DNA of 34,999 bases, taken from NCBI RefSeq assembly GCF_001194135.2, contig NC_068981.1, positions 178,532,852-178,567,850 of the forward strand. Direction: 5' to 3'. Source of the stretch: Octopus bimaculoides (taxonomy: Eukaryota). Every line of letters begins with the position of its first letter. The stretch's first letter is position 1. Made by a program: the position numbers and the translations under genes. Of the stretch, positions 22,171 to 34,841 are shown one piece after another. The notes beneath the pieces were generated by a model. The model searched no databases, was not told where the DNA came from, and saw nothing but the letters and a program-made list of their open reading frames with translations.

Positions 22171-23137
22171 TATATACATACACATATATACGTGTGTATC
22201 GGTGTGAAACTATTCATGCTTCTATGTATGCATGCGTTTTATTCTAATTGTTTGTGAGTGTCCCTTACTTTTCGTTACTTCATTTATCTATTCATCTTAC
22301 TTGCCTCTGTCTGACTCTGTGTGTGCCTGTCTTTCTAGCTCTCCATTCAGCCATTTGTTCATCTTTCTGCTTGCTTGTCTAATTGCCTGTTAACTAGTAA
22401 CACTCGAACAATAAACAATCTTACCATTAGAAATGGTAATAGTTTCTTCATAATTGTGGAAAGATACATAAGCAGTTATGTATGTAGAAATAGAGTGAAA
22501 TATAGATAGATAAATAGACAAATATGAGATATGGAGAAAGAACGTTAGGTTTGGTAAGAAAGACGTAATGTGTGGAACTGGCAATCAGGATGAGCAGAAA
22601 GAAAATGATTAAAGAAGGAGAGAGAATGTTGAGAGAGATGACGAGAGATAAGGAGAAGTAATGAGCGAAAAATATTACGTGAATGAACGCAGAATAAAAG
22701 GTGTAGGAGAGCAATATGGGTGGGAGAAACAGAGAGAGACGGAGTCGTTTCTGAAGCATTCATATTTTCAAAGGCAGAAAATTAGAAAAAAAAAAGAAGA
22801 TTATTCTGACAAGAACATCTATGTCTTAATCTATATCTTTGTCTTATCCACTGCCTCCCTCTCTCTCTCGCTCTCTCCCCCCTCTCACTCTCTCCACACA
22901 CACACATTTATACATACCTACATAACATACATATATGTATACATACATATACACACACATACGCACACAATTATATATACACATTAAGGTCCTTGAAAAA
23001 GATGGCGTATTAGATGCGTGTGTGTAGTCAACTCTTTTGTTTTCGTATTTCATGTTGTTTACGGTTTGTGACGTACTGGATCTATATATGTATATATATA
23101 TATATATGTGTATCTATGTACATATACATATACATAT

Positions 23138-23206
<69 letters not shown>

Positions 23207-23473
23207 TATATATATTATATATATATATGTATATATATATGCATACATATATATANNNNNNNNNNNNNNNNNNNNNNNNNNNNNNNNNNNNNNNNNNNNN
23301 NNNNNNNNNNNNNNNNNNNNNNNNNNNNNNNNNNNNNNNNNNNNNNNNNNNNNNNNNNNNNNNNNNNNNNNNNNNNNNNNNNNNNNNNNNNNNNNNNNNN
23401 NNNNNNNNNNNNNNNNNNNNNNNNNNNNNNNNNNNNNNNNNNNNNNNNNNNNNNNNNNNNNNNNNNNNAAAAA

Positions 23474-23534
<61 letters not shown>

Positions 23535-25294
23535 GAAAATGAAACTTTAAATGATCTATACTCCTGATGTCTTTGGACTATTATGGTCTGTGTGTGCATG
23601 TGTGTGTTCATGTGCGTGTTCATGTGTGTGTATATGTGTGTGCGTGTTTGTGTATGAACCAAATTTAGTAAGGTATACACAACACACAGTAGGACTGCTG
23701 CCGAATGTCTGGTCAAGTATATATGTATGTATGTATGTATGCATTTGTTAGCAGCATGGTATCACTCAGTGGCAGTCTACAGCAGATGGGTGTTGTAAAT
23801 TGAAGGACAGGCGTAACTGATGATGAAGGGGCTCATTATATCATGTTACCAACACTTTTATGGAATATAAAATACGAACATGAACCAGAACGAAGCAAAT
23901 AAATTAAATACATAAAGAGTATTATACACTTTTGCCCCTCACAAACCTCCTTCTTGTCAACATAAACACATACATAAACGCGCGCACACACACACATACA
24001 TACACACGTGAACATACGTACACTTATATACCAAATTAAACAAACCAAGTACTTGTTGAACGCTTTGCGGTTGGGAATTTTACTGCAAAGAATATGGAAT
24101 TGGCCACTGAAAATGAAATTCCATAGCAGACATAATTAGTTTCCTCGAAGCCAGACATTTAAACCAATATGGACGACAGTGACTTAGCGGTTCGGAAAAA
24201 AACAACGTGAGTGACTTAGCGGTTCGGAAGGCAAAATTACTAGGCTTAAACAAGTTGGTACTGGGGTCAATTTGTTCCACTAAATCCTTCAAGGTGCTGC
24301 CCCGGCATGGCCGCAGTCCAATTACTGAAACAAGTTAAAAATAAAAGTGAGCCCCAAATATGTATGTTACGGGGAATTGTTTCTGAAACATTTATATTTG
24401 AAAATGCAGAATATTTGAATAAATGTTGCTCTAACAAACAAAATCATCTTAAAGATGGTATGCTATACTAATTAATTTATTTACTATACATGTTTGCAAA
24501 GCCAGAACATTTAAATAAAAAGGGCAATAACAACATCCCTGAGAAGTATGTCAGAGCAAATATTTTCTTCCTTCATGTTTGAAAAGCCGAAACATTAAAT
24601 TTCAAAATTTCAAAATTTCAAATTCCAAATTGATTTCACTCCTCTCACTTTCTCTCTTTCACCGCCTCGCTCTCCTTCTACACAAGAAATAAATTATGAA
24701 TAATATGGACAGCTCTGACTTCCTCCTATCGAAATGCTTTTATTATACATCTTGCCTATCTCATTTGCTTATATGTTATTTCAGGTACAGATAACACAGA
24801 TAATCATGATCGTCGAAATGCAGAGATTCACCACGCTACCATCTTTCTGCACACATATGTATATGCATATATATATATATATATATATATATCGTTATAT
24901 GTACCTGTATATATATGTGCATGTATATATTACACATATATTTATGTATATTTTGCTATCTTTTTATCTGTCTGTCTATCTAATTTGAAAGTATAATTCT
25001 TTACACTGTTTTTACTTGTCTTCATGTGCTCTTTCATACATACATTTATAATAACCATCTGTGTTTCATACTTAAAGTATACACACTGTCGGTGGGCCAG
25101 TTACTGCAGTATTTGTCCTGAAATATCTCTTAAAGACACAATAAATATTAGAGAAAGACGAAAATTCATCTCAGAAGCGGCCAGCGAGAGCGCCAGATGC
25201 ATTTCAGGTTTTTCTAAGGACAATTACCGGACAACATTAATCAATGCGATCTTGTTTTAGTAAGGCAGTATAATATGGCTTGGGGCATATTTTG

Positions 25295-25387
25295 AAACTA
25301 TTGTTAGACGGTCCGATCGATCACATAGAGATTCCGTTGTAAACTATTGTTAGACGGTCCGGTTGATCACACAGAGATTCCGTTTGT
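25295..25387. repeat. Two-unit 46-bp tandem repeat
   Basis: aaactattgttagacggtccgatcgatcacatagagattccgttgt is followed by aaactattgttagacggtccggttgatcacacagagattccgtttgt. Confidence 0.9.
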
Positions 25388-26667
25388 AGGCTCGTTGAGA
25401 ATACGTTTTTGCGTCGTGGTTGAATTTGCTTTTCAATTCCCGAGAAGCAATAAGCTATCTTCTGATATAAAGCAATATAAAAGCAATATAAGCTATTTTC
25501 TCATAAATGTAGCCTTATATTCATAACAATATAAATAAAAGAATAAACAAAAACAAAAAAAATTTAAATCTTTTGCACACAATCTTGCTATTTAGACATT
25601 TTGCACTGATCCCTGAAATATCCCATAAAACCATTCGTTATAATCAGATGATGATGATGGTGATAATATTTGCACTGACCTAAAGGTCACTGCCTATCTA
25701 ATCTAATTCATTCAAAGAAGAGACATTGGAGAAACAACCATGTAACAAAGCTTTACATTTATTACGAAATATAATGAGCAAATTCTCGGGTGGGGTGAAT
25801 GTATGTCAAAATTCCTGATGATTAATTTATTCGTTCAGACGTATCTTATTTAGCATTTCCGTTTTTTCTGTTCATTGTCAAGTGCATGTATTTATGTGTG
25901 AGTATCAGATAGAATACTTATATGTATGTGTGTCTGTTCTGTTTGTGTTAGCGTGTGTATGTATTTCTACTTGTATATTTATTTGTTGCTGTATATGTAC
26001 ATCAGTTGTTCTTTGTATATGCATATATGTCAACACACCATGCAGTAAAGAAAGCCAAAGAAAATGAAAGGTTGTTTGTGCTTCATATAAGTGGTAAGGT
26101 AATACGACAGCACATTTTTGCTGAGCCATTTTAATCACAAGGAAAACTATCTTATAAGGAAATGAGAAATACAAGGTGTTTTTCTATCAAACGATGTCAC
26201 GAGACTCTAGTGAAAACATAAACTGAAGATGAAAATAAACTAATAGGATATTACAATGTTGCAATGTATCAAACAAAATCCTGTAATAATAGTAAAATAA
26301 TTAAGTTTACAAAAGAATTTCTGTGTGATTGAAATCTGATGAACTATTTTGAGAAAAGGGAAGATGTAAATAATTACATAAAAAAAAAAGAAAAATTGTT
26401 GGTTTTGTTTGTCTTTCTGACAAAAACCAGAACAATAGCATTGTGTGTGAGAGATGTTGAATTATAAAGTTACATTTATCTAAACATTTTTCTAACGATA
26501 TGTGTAGACTCAAGAATTTATTTAATGCAGAATGAAAATAATATACACATGTTATGGGGTACAACATTTAACTCTTGAGAGAGAAACTTTTCCGTTTAAG
26601 ATTTTGTTGGACATTATGGTTATAGAGATAGTGTGACTCTGACGGCTTTTGCGTTAAAGTCATTACA

Positions 26668-26950
26668 CAGCGGAATCTCGGTTTACAAACACTTCATCAT
26701 GAACAAATCAGTTTACAAACAACTTTTCAAACATGAAACGTCTCGGGTGACGAAGTGTGTCTCGAGTAACGAACACATACGCCTGCAACAATGTTTGGTG
26801 ACAATCTGGGAGTACCAGCAGGAGAGTGTCAGTTGCTGTCTAGCTCGGTGCACATGCTTGCTTGAATTCGCCGTGTGTTCTCTTCACGAAAATTTCTGGT
26901 GAAGAACGTCCTTCAGGAACGAATTAAATTCGTAAACCAGGGTTTCACTG
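26668..26950. mobile_element. Non-autonomous pogo/Tigger-like DNA transposon (MITE)
   Basis: Imperfect TIRs cagcggaatctcggtttacaa / tcgtaaaccagggtttcactg with TA at the 3' end. Internally homologous to 32105-32405. Confidence 0.75.
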
Positions 26951-27802
26951 TATCTCCTTTGATTAACACAATTACGATTCAGATAGTTTGACAACAAACA
27001 AGAGCCATGCTATTTTCCCATGGCGAAGAGAGTGCGACGGTGGCATAGTTCTTATTGGATGGCAAAATCATTTCAGACGTGCAAAGAAAGCAGATCATCC
27101 TAATCTCAGACTGCACTCTGAGGCTGACGTTATATGAATGAAACACAAACAAAAGTATGCTATTACACATTATCTAACTGGGGCATGTCAGAAGTTTAGC
27201 AACTAACTCAGAGATCCTAGATTCATTCATACATAAATACATACATACATACATACATACATACATACATACATGCATACATGCATACATACATACAAAC
27301 GTAAATGTATGTGCATATATATAAAACGACTCACACGTTCAGTTACGTTGTTGCATTTAAACAATTTTTAAGCAGACGCAGTGCAATGATGTTTTGCTCT
27401 AAGACTTGAGATTCATGTTTTCTGAACGTTATCTTAGGAACATTACTTCAAGAGAGGAATCTTAAAGTAACACTGTAAATCTTAGCAAACAGATAGCAAT
27501 ATCATATATATTATTCCATATTCACAAGACCGCCGTTTCAGTAGTTACTTCATCGTTTTCATTATTGACTAAAGACATCCATTTCATTGTGCAACTAATT
27601 CCCTTTCAGCTAGAGATTAATCGAGACACTATATCCCTGAATATTGTAGGAGTCTCATTTAAGGTTGAGCTGTTGGTCGGCAAAACTTAATCAGTTTAAC
27701 ATTACTAGCAGGGTGGCTTTGAGTGGAGTTCACCTAGCTATCAACATTTGGATCAGGTCTCCAGTTTTAGGGTATAACTCAGTATAATAATGAACTGCTT
27801 GC

Positions 27803-27843
<41 letters not shown>

Positions 27844-28290
27844 GGGACAAAATCCAAAATTACAGGTAAAAACTCAATTAAAATCAATTTATAAAAAATT
27901 AGAATTAAATTGAGCTTTACAGATTAAAATATATATAAATATATATATTTATATGATAGTGGATTTTCATCGATGAGTTCATGGAACTTGGTTCTTTTCC
28001 CTAAAACTATANNNNNNNNNNNNNNNNNNNNNNNNNNNNNNNNNNNNNNNNNNNNNNNNNNNNNNNNNNNNNNNNNNNNNNNNNNNNNNNNNNNNNNNNN
28101 NNNNNNNNNNNNNNNNNNNNNNNNNNNNNNNNNNNNNNNNNNNNNNNNNNNNNNNNNNNNNNNNNNNNNNNNNNNNNNNNNNNNNNNNNNNNNNNNNNNN
28201 NNNNNNNNNNNNNNNNNNNNNNNNNNNNNNNNNNNNNNNNNNNNNNNNNNNNNNNNNNNNNNNNNNNNNNNNNNNNNNNNNNNNNNNNNN

Positions 28291-28349
<59 letters not shown>

Positions 28350-28452
28350 TGCTAGTATGTAATTAATGATGTTGAACGAATGAGAAAGGAGTGCTCAATA
28401 CATGCTGTAGAGGATATGGTGTTTTAAAAATTAAGCCTGACGCTGAGAGTTT

Positions 28453-28497
28453 GTTTCGCGACTCGAGTTTCCCGCCAGCACGATCATCAGACGAAAC
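28453..28497 (-). ncRNA. Minimal type I hammerhead ribozyme (Penelope-like-element type), apparently intact
   Basis: Minus strand GTTTCGT-CTGATGA-TCGT(gctg)GCGG-GAA-ACTCGAGT-C-GCGAAAC. Helix I is 7 bp (GTTTCGT/GCGAAAC), the CUGAUGA and GAAA core is intact, helix II is 4 bp with two G-U pairs, helix III is the palindrome ACUCGAGU, and the cleavage triplet is GUC. Confidence 0.78.
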
Positions 28498-28518
28498 CTG
28501 ATGAGTTATATCTATCTT

Positions 28519-28571
<53 letters not shown>

Positions 28572-29949
28572 ATGCATATATGTACATGTATACACACACA
28601 TGCATATATATGTATATATATATATGTGTATATACGTGTGTGTATATTTATATGTGCGTATGCACACACACAGACATACACACATATATATATATGTATG
28701 CACACATATGCACACACAGACAAACTTTCACACATACACACATATAATTATATTTACATCTATATACATATGTGTATGTGTGTAAAGAAAATGTTTGTGA
28801 AACTACTGAAAACAACATTCTTCTGTCTAGTGATGCTCTAAAAATGTGTTAATTCATGTTCTTCTTTATTTCGATTTCATGTTTTTTTTCTTCTTTTTTC
28901 CAGTTTTATTCATGCAAGAAAGAACATAAGATACATTTCATATAAAAAACACAATGGTTGGTAATATCTCTGCTGAATTTATTGAGTGAATTCATTGCGT
29001 TTAAGTGTGTATGTTCATATGCGAGTGCGTGTATGTGCGTGTATACAGATATACATTCTTTTATATATATNNNNNNNNNNNNNNNNNNNNNNNNNNNNNN
29101 NNNNNNNNNNNNNNNNNNNNNNNNNNNNNNNNNNNNNNNNNNNNNNNNNNNNNNNNNNNNNNNNNNNNNNNNNNNNNNNNNNNNNNNNNNNNNNNNNNNN
29201 NNNNNNNNNNNNNNNNNNNNATAGATATATATATATATATATATATGTATATGCATATTTATATATACATATATATATATATGCCTATATATGTATGTAT
29301 GTATGTATGTGTATATGTGTGTGTATGCGTGCGTGCATGTGTGTGTGTATGCGTGTGTGTGTGTATGCGTGTGTGCGTGTATGCGTGAGTGTGTGTGTGT
29401 GTGTTTTATTACGCGTTACCAAGCAGTTTTTCTCTAATAAAGACTTAGGTTGGAGCGTCAAAATATTTATAGTTGCAAATTTTTGTTGGGCTCACTCGCG
29501 GTGTCTCTATTAAAACTTTCTTGAGCCATGTATGATGCACGCATGCACGCGCGCACACACACACTTGTGTGTGTGTGTCGTGTATATCAGACCACCTTAA
29601 GAGCGCTACTGGTAACATAGTTATTTTGGACACCTTGAAGGATGAAAAGCAGAATCTGTCAAAGGCCGGGTGAATACGGGTTAGTCACTGGCAGTCAAAT
29701 AATGCATTCATATGCGTATTAAATATGTGTGCATGGTTAGCGGCAAGCTCGCATTTTATTCCAATGAGGCATGGAAGAAATGAATAACTTCTACCCTACT
29801 GCTTTGAAATTGACTGGAGCAGGCCAGTAAGAGCAAGTAGAGCATCTTGCAACAATACCGTAAAACATCTGGTGTGACCCTTTATGGCTTCCATGCCATA
29901 AAGTTAGATGGCATCCTGAGATTTGGGGAATCCTTCAGCCATTTTGGCA

Positions 29950-30600
29950 ATCTCCTGTATTCTCATACAGGCTCAGTTGTCTTGATTTACCTTACCACAA
30001 GGCTTATTGTACAAAAACTGGTGAGTGTGTCTGACGTATCAGCAGCTCTTTCTCACTTAAAAATAACCTTGCGCTAATCTGGCTTTTATGTCTTCTGGGT
30101 AAGACGGCGAGGCACTGATTGATAGACGTGCAGCAGACTGAAATAATCTTGTTTTGGAGGTTGAGGTATTCCGCACATCTGCGAAAACGACACACCAGTA
30201 GTTCCTTAGCTTCATGGACAATGAAGATATCGTATATGTGGGGAAAAGTCATAGCTTTCTCTCCCCTACATCAACCCCATTACATGACTGCGTTGAAGTA
30301 CTACGAAGTCATTCAAAGTTTTTATTGATTACTCATAACTGAAGTTTCTTAGACCCACAAATGAGGATCTTTCATTATTGTGGTCGGGATATCACACATT
30401 TACGACAATGAAATACCGCTACTTCTGTAGTTTCAAACGTAGTGGAGGTGTAGTGTAAACGGGAGCAGTTGTATTTCTCCGGTCCGCAGCATGGAAGCGC
30501 TCCTGGGGAAATACTATGTTGTCGAAGTCCTTGTCTTCATTGATGACAAATAGACGAACTTCATAATTTGGAGTATCGTACTTTTTTGCATTATTTCTTT
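29950..30600 (-). mobile_element. Possible highly decayed LINE AP-endonuclease region (RTE-like)
   Basis: Fragments such as IYDIFIVHEAKELLVCRFRRCAE loosely resemble QIDYILV...LLDVRVFRGAD, across several frames with stops. Weak. Confidence 0.3.
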
Positions 30601-30713
30601 GTCTCAATTTCGTTTTCTTCTCTAATTATTTATAAAATTGATTAATTAACCAATAATTACTATATTTTCTGCACCTGGTAGGTCATTGTCAAATTTGACG
30701 AACGACTTGTCAT

Positions 30714-30775
<62 letters not shown>

Positions 30776-31528
30776 TATGCATACACATGCACACACAAAC
30801 ATGCGTAAATGCATGTGTGCATATATAAATATATACACATAAGTACATATATGAAGGACTTATGTCCGAGCACTAAACACTCTTACTCACTGCTCGATAT
30901 CAGTGTATGTACGTTTGTATGTATGTGTTTTCACACACGCGTGCATAGAGAGAGGGAGAGAGAGAAATAGAGAGAAGGAGAGAGAGAGAAAGGGAGAGAG
31001 AGTGAGAGAGAGAGATATGTTCACTTTTAGGTGAGAAATGTACCGTGATCTGATATATTTAATGTTGATATACAATCATCTGAATTTAACATGTTTTGAG
31101 TCATTGAGTCAAGGTTGTTATCAATTATACAGGTAAAACAGACACTGACCAAAGTAAAAATAAACTACCTCCTTCCCACTCACTCAAACACATGCACACG
31201 CGCATATACATCCTCTTCATAGATGCGCTCATATATATAAATGCACACATGTATTTATGTCTTTGTGGTGTGTATATATATTTGCGTGTGTGTATGTGTG
31301 TTTGAGGCTGTGTGTATGCATGTGTTAATGCGTGTGTGTGTGCGTGTGTGTGTGCGTGTGTGTGTGTGGTTTTGTATCTGTGTATTAGAGTGTGTTAAAG
31401 CGTGTTATAAACAGAAAGGGTTTCTAAATGTGACAGAAAATTCTTTCTGATCTTATAATGATTTGAAATTTGGAAGTCATTATTTAATTAGTGGGTTTGT
31501 AACGGTAAATCCAATACGTAAGGGTGGG

Positions 31529-31548
31529 GAGAGAGAGAGAGAGAGAGA

Positions 31549-31643
<95 letters not shown>
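31529..31643. repeat. (GA)n microsatellite
   Basis: Direct reading. Many other (CA)n, (TA)n and (TG)n tracts occur, e.g. 1763-1815, 20880-21095, 23090-23255, 23480-23530. Confidence 0.97.
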
Positions 31644-31646
<3 letters not shown>

Positions 31647-32104
31647 ACAAATAGCAACTACAACAACACAATCACAACAACATTAACAAACAAGATAGAA
31701 GTAAACTGTAAGTAGGAAAATGGTGTTAACGTATTAACAGAAGATAAAATTTCAATTGCACGGTTCAGCCAACTATTTGTGCGTGGGAGAGAGAGAGAGA
31801 GAAAGAGAGAGAGAGGGAGAGGGAGAGAGAGAAACCCTACAATTATGGTACAAATTTAGAAGCTAAGGAACGAGAAGATTAACAATTTCAAAGCCACACT
31901 AGATTACTCTATAGATCCTATTCTCATATACTCTATTCTTTGTTTTGTGTTTTTATCTTCAATCTCACTTTTGTCCTTCACCTTTTCCCCCCTTCTCGTT
32001 CGATATTATTAAGGCATATTGAAACTGAGTTCGAATTCCAATTCCGAAGTAGACATTGCCTTTCGTCCTTTCGGTTGTCGATAAAATAAAGTGCTAGACA
32101 AGTA

Positions 32105-32405
32105 CAGTGGAACCTCGGTTAACGACCACGTCTCATCACGAACAAATCGGTTTACGAATAATTTTTCGAACATAAAACGTCTCGGGTAACGAACACGCAA
32201 GCTAGCAATAACAGTTGGCGACAAGCTGGAGTATCAGAAAGGAGAGCGTTAGTGGCTACCTAGCTTTAGCCCAGTGCACATCCCTGCTTGAATTCACTGT
32301 GTTTTCTCTTGAATTTCCTATGGGAAAAACGGTTTCGGTTTACGAACATATCGAATTACAAACGGCCTTCAGGAATGAATTAAATTCGTTAATGGATCTC
32401 CAATG
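32105..32405. mobile_element. Second copy of the same MITE, TA TSD on both sides
   Basis: ta|cagtggaacctcggttaacga ... tcgttaatggatctccaatg|ta. It sits immediately after a family-A SINE fragment (about 32005-32102). Confidence 0.75.
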
Positions 32406-32575
32406 TATTATGGTCGATTTAACTGACTATATCTTTTCACCCGGATTCTGAGACTGTTAGAAATTAATATTATATTTTCTGTGTTGTTTATGTTTTGAAA
32501 AATGCATCAATAGGTATCCTTTCTTATATAAAAAGAAATCTATGAAAAATATGTTTAAGGCCAAGAAAGCCAACG

Positions 32576-32810
32576 TCAGAAGACTTCAGCAATATTTATA
32601 GAGCCAACGATTGTTAGTTGTAGGAAGATTCCTATTTCATTGTTGTAGGTAATCTGAAAATGTTTATATGTTATTCTATTTGTACCAATTAAGGATGTGA
32701 TGAATAACACATTACTTATTTGCCATATTGTCTTTAATTCCACAGTTAGGTCTGTATAATTTCTTATCTTTTCATCATGTTTCTAGTCATCTGATAACAA
32801 TAAAAATTAC
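32576..32810 (-). mobile_element. Old R4/Dong RLE C-terminal fragment
   Basis: Minus frame DD*KHDEKIRNYTDLTVELKTIWQISNVLFITSLIGT...LQLTIVGSINIAEVF* parallels EKI.KYQDLAIEL.RLW...IP.VIGALG...LQKTALLGTA.ILR.VL*. Confidence 0.55.
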
Positions 32811-33714
32811 TATATAGGCGCTAAATTGTTAGAGTCAATGGAATGACAGCTTGCAACGTCAATAGAACTTCAGTCAATATGTTATATTATGGCCTTTTAC
32901 GCTTTTAGTTAAATCCCAATGGGATCAACTTCGCTTTTTCTCCTTTCAGATCAGTTAAAATAAAGGGGTCGTCTATTTGAGAGTTTTCTTCGCTGGAATA
33001 TATTACTTTGTTCCCTTGTTACAAATCTACCTCTTCTTTTACTTTATTCTTCACATGTCATTGTGGGAGGAATTACGAATTTATAGAGATAGTTACGCCG
33101 CCTTCCTTTTGTTAACGAAAGGAAGACTATGTTTCTCGCTGAAGTGAAAGAGGAGTGAAACGCTTGTGAGACTGAAATATCTTCTGAAGGGTTTCCAACA
33201 TTGTGATGAACTAAGAAGAAAAGTTGCAAAACCTCTAAGTAGCCCCTGCAGTTTCCGTGTGGGGCAAATTGTCTTCGATGCTTCTTTTACTTGATGGATA
33301 AGATTCAGGGGCTGTGGATATCAGTTTTTATCAAGTAAAGAGGATATCAAAAGTTTCTGGAAGATCGTTGAGAGCCAGAAGTATGGTCTCGGTGAATGGG
33401 TCTCTCCCAGCACGAGGCTGTAGACCGGAGATCACAACTATGAGCCGTTTTTTTGCTCATGGAGGTTAGTGTAATCTCGCACCTCTAAGGATTCCCTCAT
33501 TTACCGTAGGTGCCTATTCTCTCACTGGAACAATTTCATTTGTTATCTGTACTGCTGTCTTCACGCCTGTTATTCATATTTGTCTGTCAAACCTGTCATA
33601 TAACGATTATTTTTCCTTGACATAACCACATCATTCATCACCTTTCTTACAAAGAAATCCTCCTCCTCTTCCTCCTTATGCTCCTCCTCCTCATCATCAT
33701 CCTTGATACCTGGC

Positions 33715-33895
33715 CACAACTAGTTTCCTTAGATATCTGCGCCCTTTCGAACAGGTTTCTGTATTAATGCAATTTTCGTAGTCACTCTCATCTCATTAAA
33801 GAAACTATCAAGACATGGTAACGGTACCAAAGGCGCCTATAACTCCTGGAATAGCTTCTGTAGAAACTCTCTACCGTCTCCGCATTTTCCTTGTT
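33715..33895 (-). mobile_element. Short R4/Dong C-terminal fragment directly downstream of a (TAA)n tract
   Basis: Minus reads MRRR*RVSTEAIPGVIGAFGTVT then, after frameshifts, ALIQKPVRKGA/RYLRKL, matching the Dong IPVVIGALGTV...LQK..LLGTARILRK terminus. Confidence 0.6.
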
Positions 33896-33898
33896 AAA

Positions 33899-33974
<76 letters not shown>

Positions 33975-34720
33975 TCTTCGATAGTTTCATGCGGGTTTCT
34001 ACCGCACCACCTGGTGCACCTCTATGTTCCTGAAGCGTGAGCAGCATTGGGAGTTCTTATTTTCGTGGGTGGTGGGTGGTTTGGAGGTGTATAGACTCCT
34101 CCTGTTAGTGTACTGTATCAGTTTGTTTTGTTATGAGGTTTAGCTTGTTGATTCTTGTGTTATATTAGTGTTTGTTTTGTTGTATTTAATGTGTGTGTAA
34201 TGTGAGTTGTGTTATTTCATTGGAAATTAATCTTGTTGAGTAAATGTTACATGAGTTGTGTTGTTTTTTTTTATTATGTGCCTATTGTATAAGGTGTGTG
34301 TATTGTGTGTCAAAATTGTTCTTTTTGATCTGGGCCATTGGATCAATAATAATTTGTACAGAGCGTGAGTTGTTTCCAGCAGAGCTATTTTTGGGGGAGT
34401 GTCTAGTACTACGATTCCTAATGGCGTCTATGTTTTAGATAATATTTCTTTTATCGTACCTAATGTTTAAGTTATTATTTGTAATGTCTTCACCTTCATA
34501 CCACAATTCTCGAATATTTCGATTTCATGATCCTTATAATTTGATAGTTTTTCCATTATTTTTAGGGCAATATTGTGGTCAGAGAGGATTGCGATATCTA
34601 GCAGTGTGCACGTGTCTTTTTACCATTCTTTGATTATTACGCCTAGATACCTTGCCTTGACCTCTTTTGCAGTTTGAACAGGTATATCCCAGTTGATTGT
34701 GGGCAGGATGATTATCATGT
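33975..34720 (-). mobile_element. R4/Dong LINE 3' fragment (RLE domain and long AC-rich 3' UTR) ending in (TAA)n
   Basis: Minus: WDIPVQTAKEVKARYLGVII...TCTLLDIAILSDHNIALKIMEKLSNYKDHEIEI...KIALLETTHALYKLL. The catalytic PD is decayed to LG. The 3' end abuts plus-strand (TTA)n at 33901-33974. Confidence 0.8.
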
Positions 34721-34747
34721 ATATATATATGTAGTGAAACTACCTAC

Positions 34748-34795
34748 CGCCATTAGATACAAAACTACTATCGCCATTACATACAATCTTCTCAT
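34748..34795 (-). other. Candidate 48-nt exon encoding a signal-peptide-like N-terminus (MRRLYVMAIVVLYLMA)
   Basis: Minus strand catttatttatatttag|ATG AGA AGA TTG...CTA ATG GCG|gtaggt: basic n-region plus hydrophobic core, phase-0 donor, just downstream of a promoter-motif cluster. Short hydrophobic ORFs arise easily in AT-rich DNA. Confidence 0.28.
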
Positions 34796-34841
34796 CTAAA
34801 TATAAATAAATGCGAGCGTAGTAGAGAACCCATTCCTTGTC

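Noticed and set aside
22425-22460. MKKLLPFLM|gtaaga (or a 21-nt TITISNG microexon) after a long AG-free pyrimidine tract, minus strand
   Set aside because: Good donor, but the acceptor is weak (aag) and the peptide is too short to assign.
30419-30607. 62-aa ORF as a host exon or Helitron fragment
   Set aside because: No good donor, and Helitron motifs do not continue. Better explained, weakly, as a decayed LINE endonuclease.
87-31715. Most ORF-track entries (poly-HT, YI, CV, ER, LS, I, N peptides and X-filled ORFs)
   Set aside because: They are translations of microsatellites or N gaps, with no splice signals or family motifs.
33230-33500. Minus peptide RLIVVISGLQPRAGRDPF resembling a LINE ORF1 esterase motif
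   Set aside because: A single short motif among multiple stops, with no adjoining ORF2 remnants.
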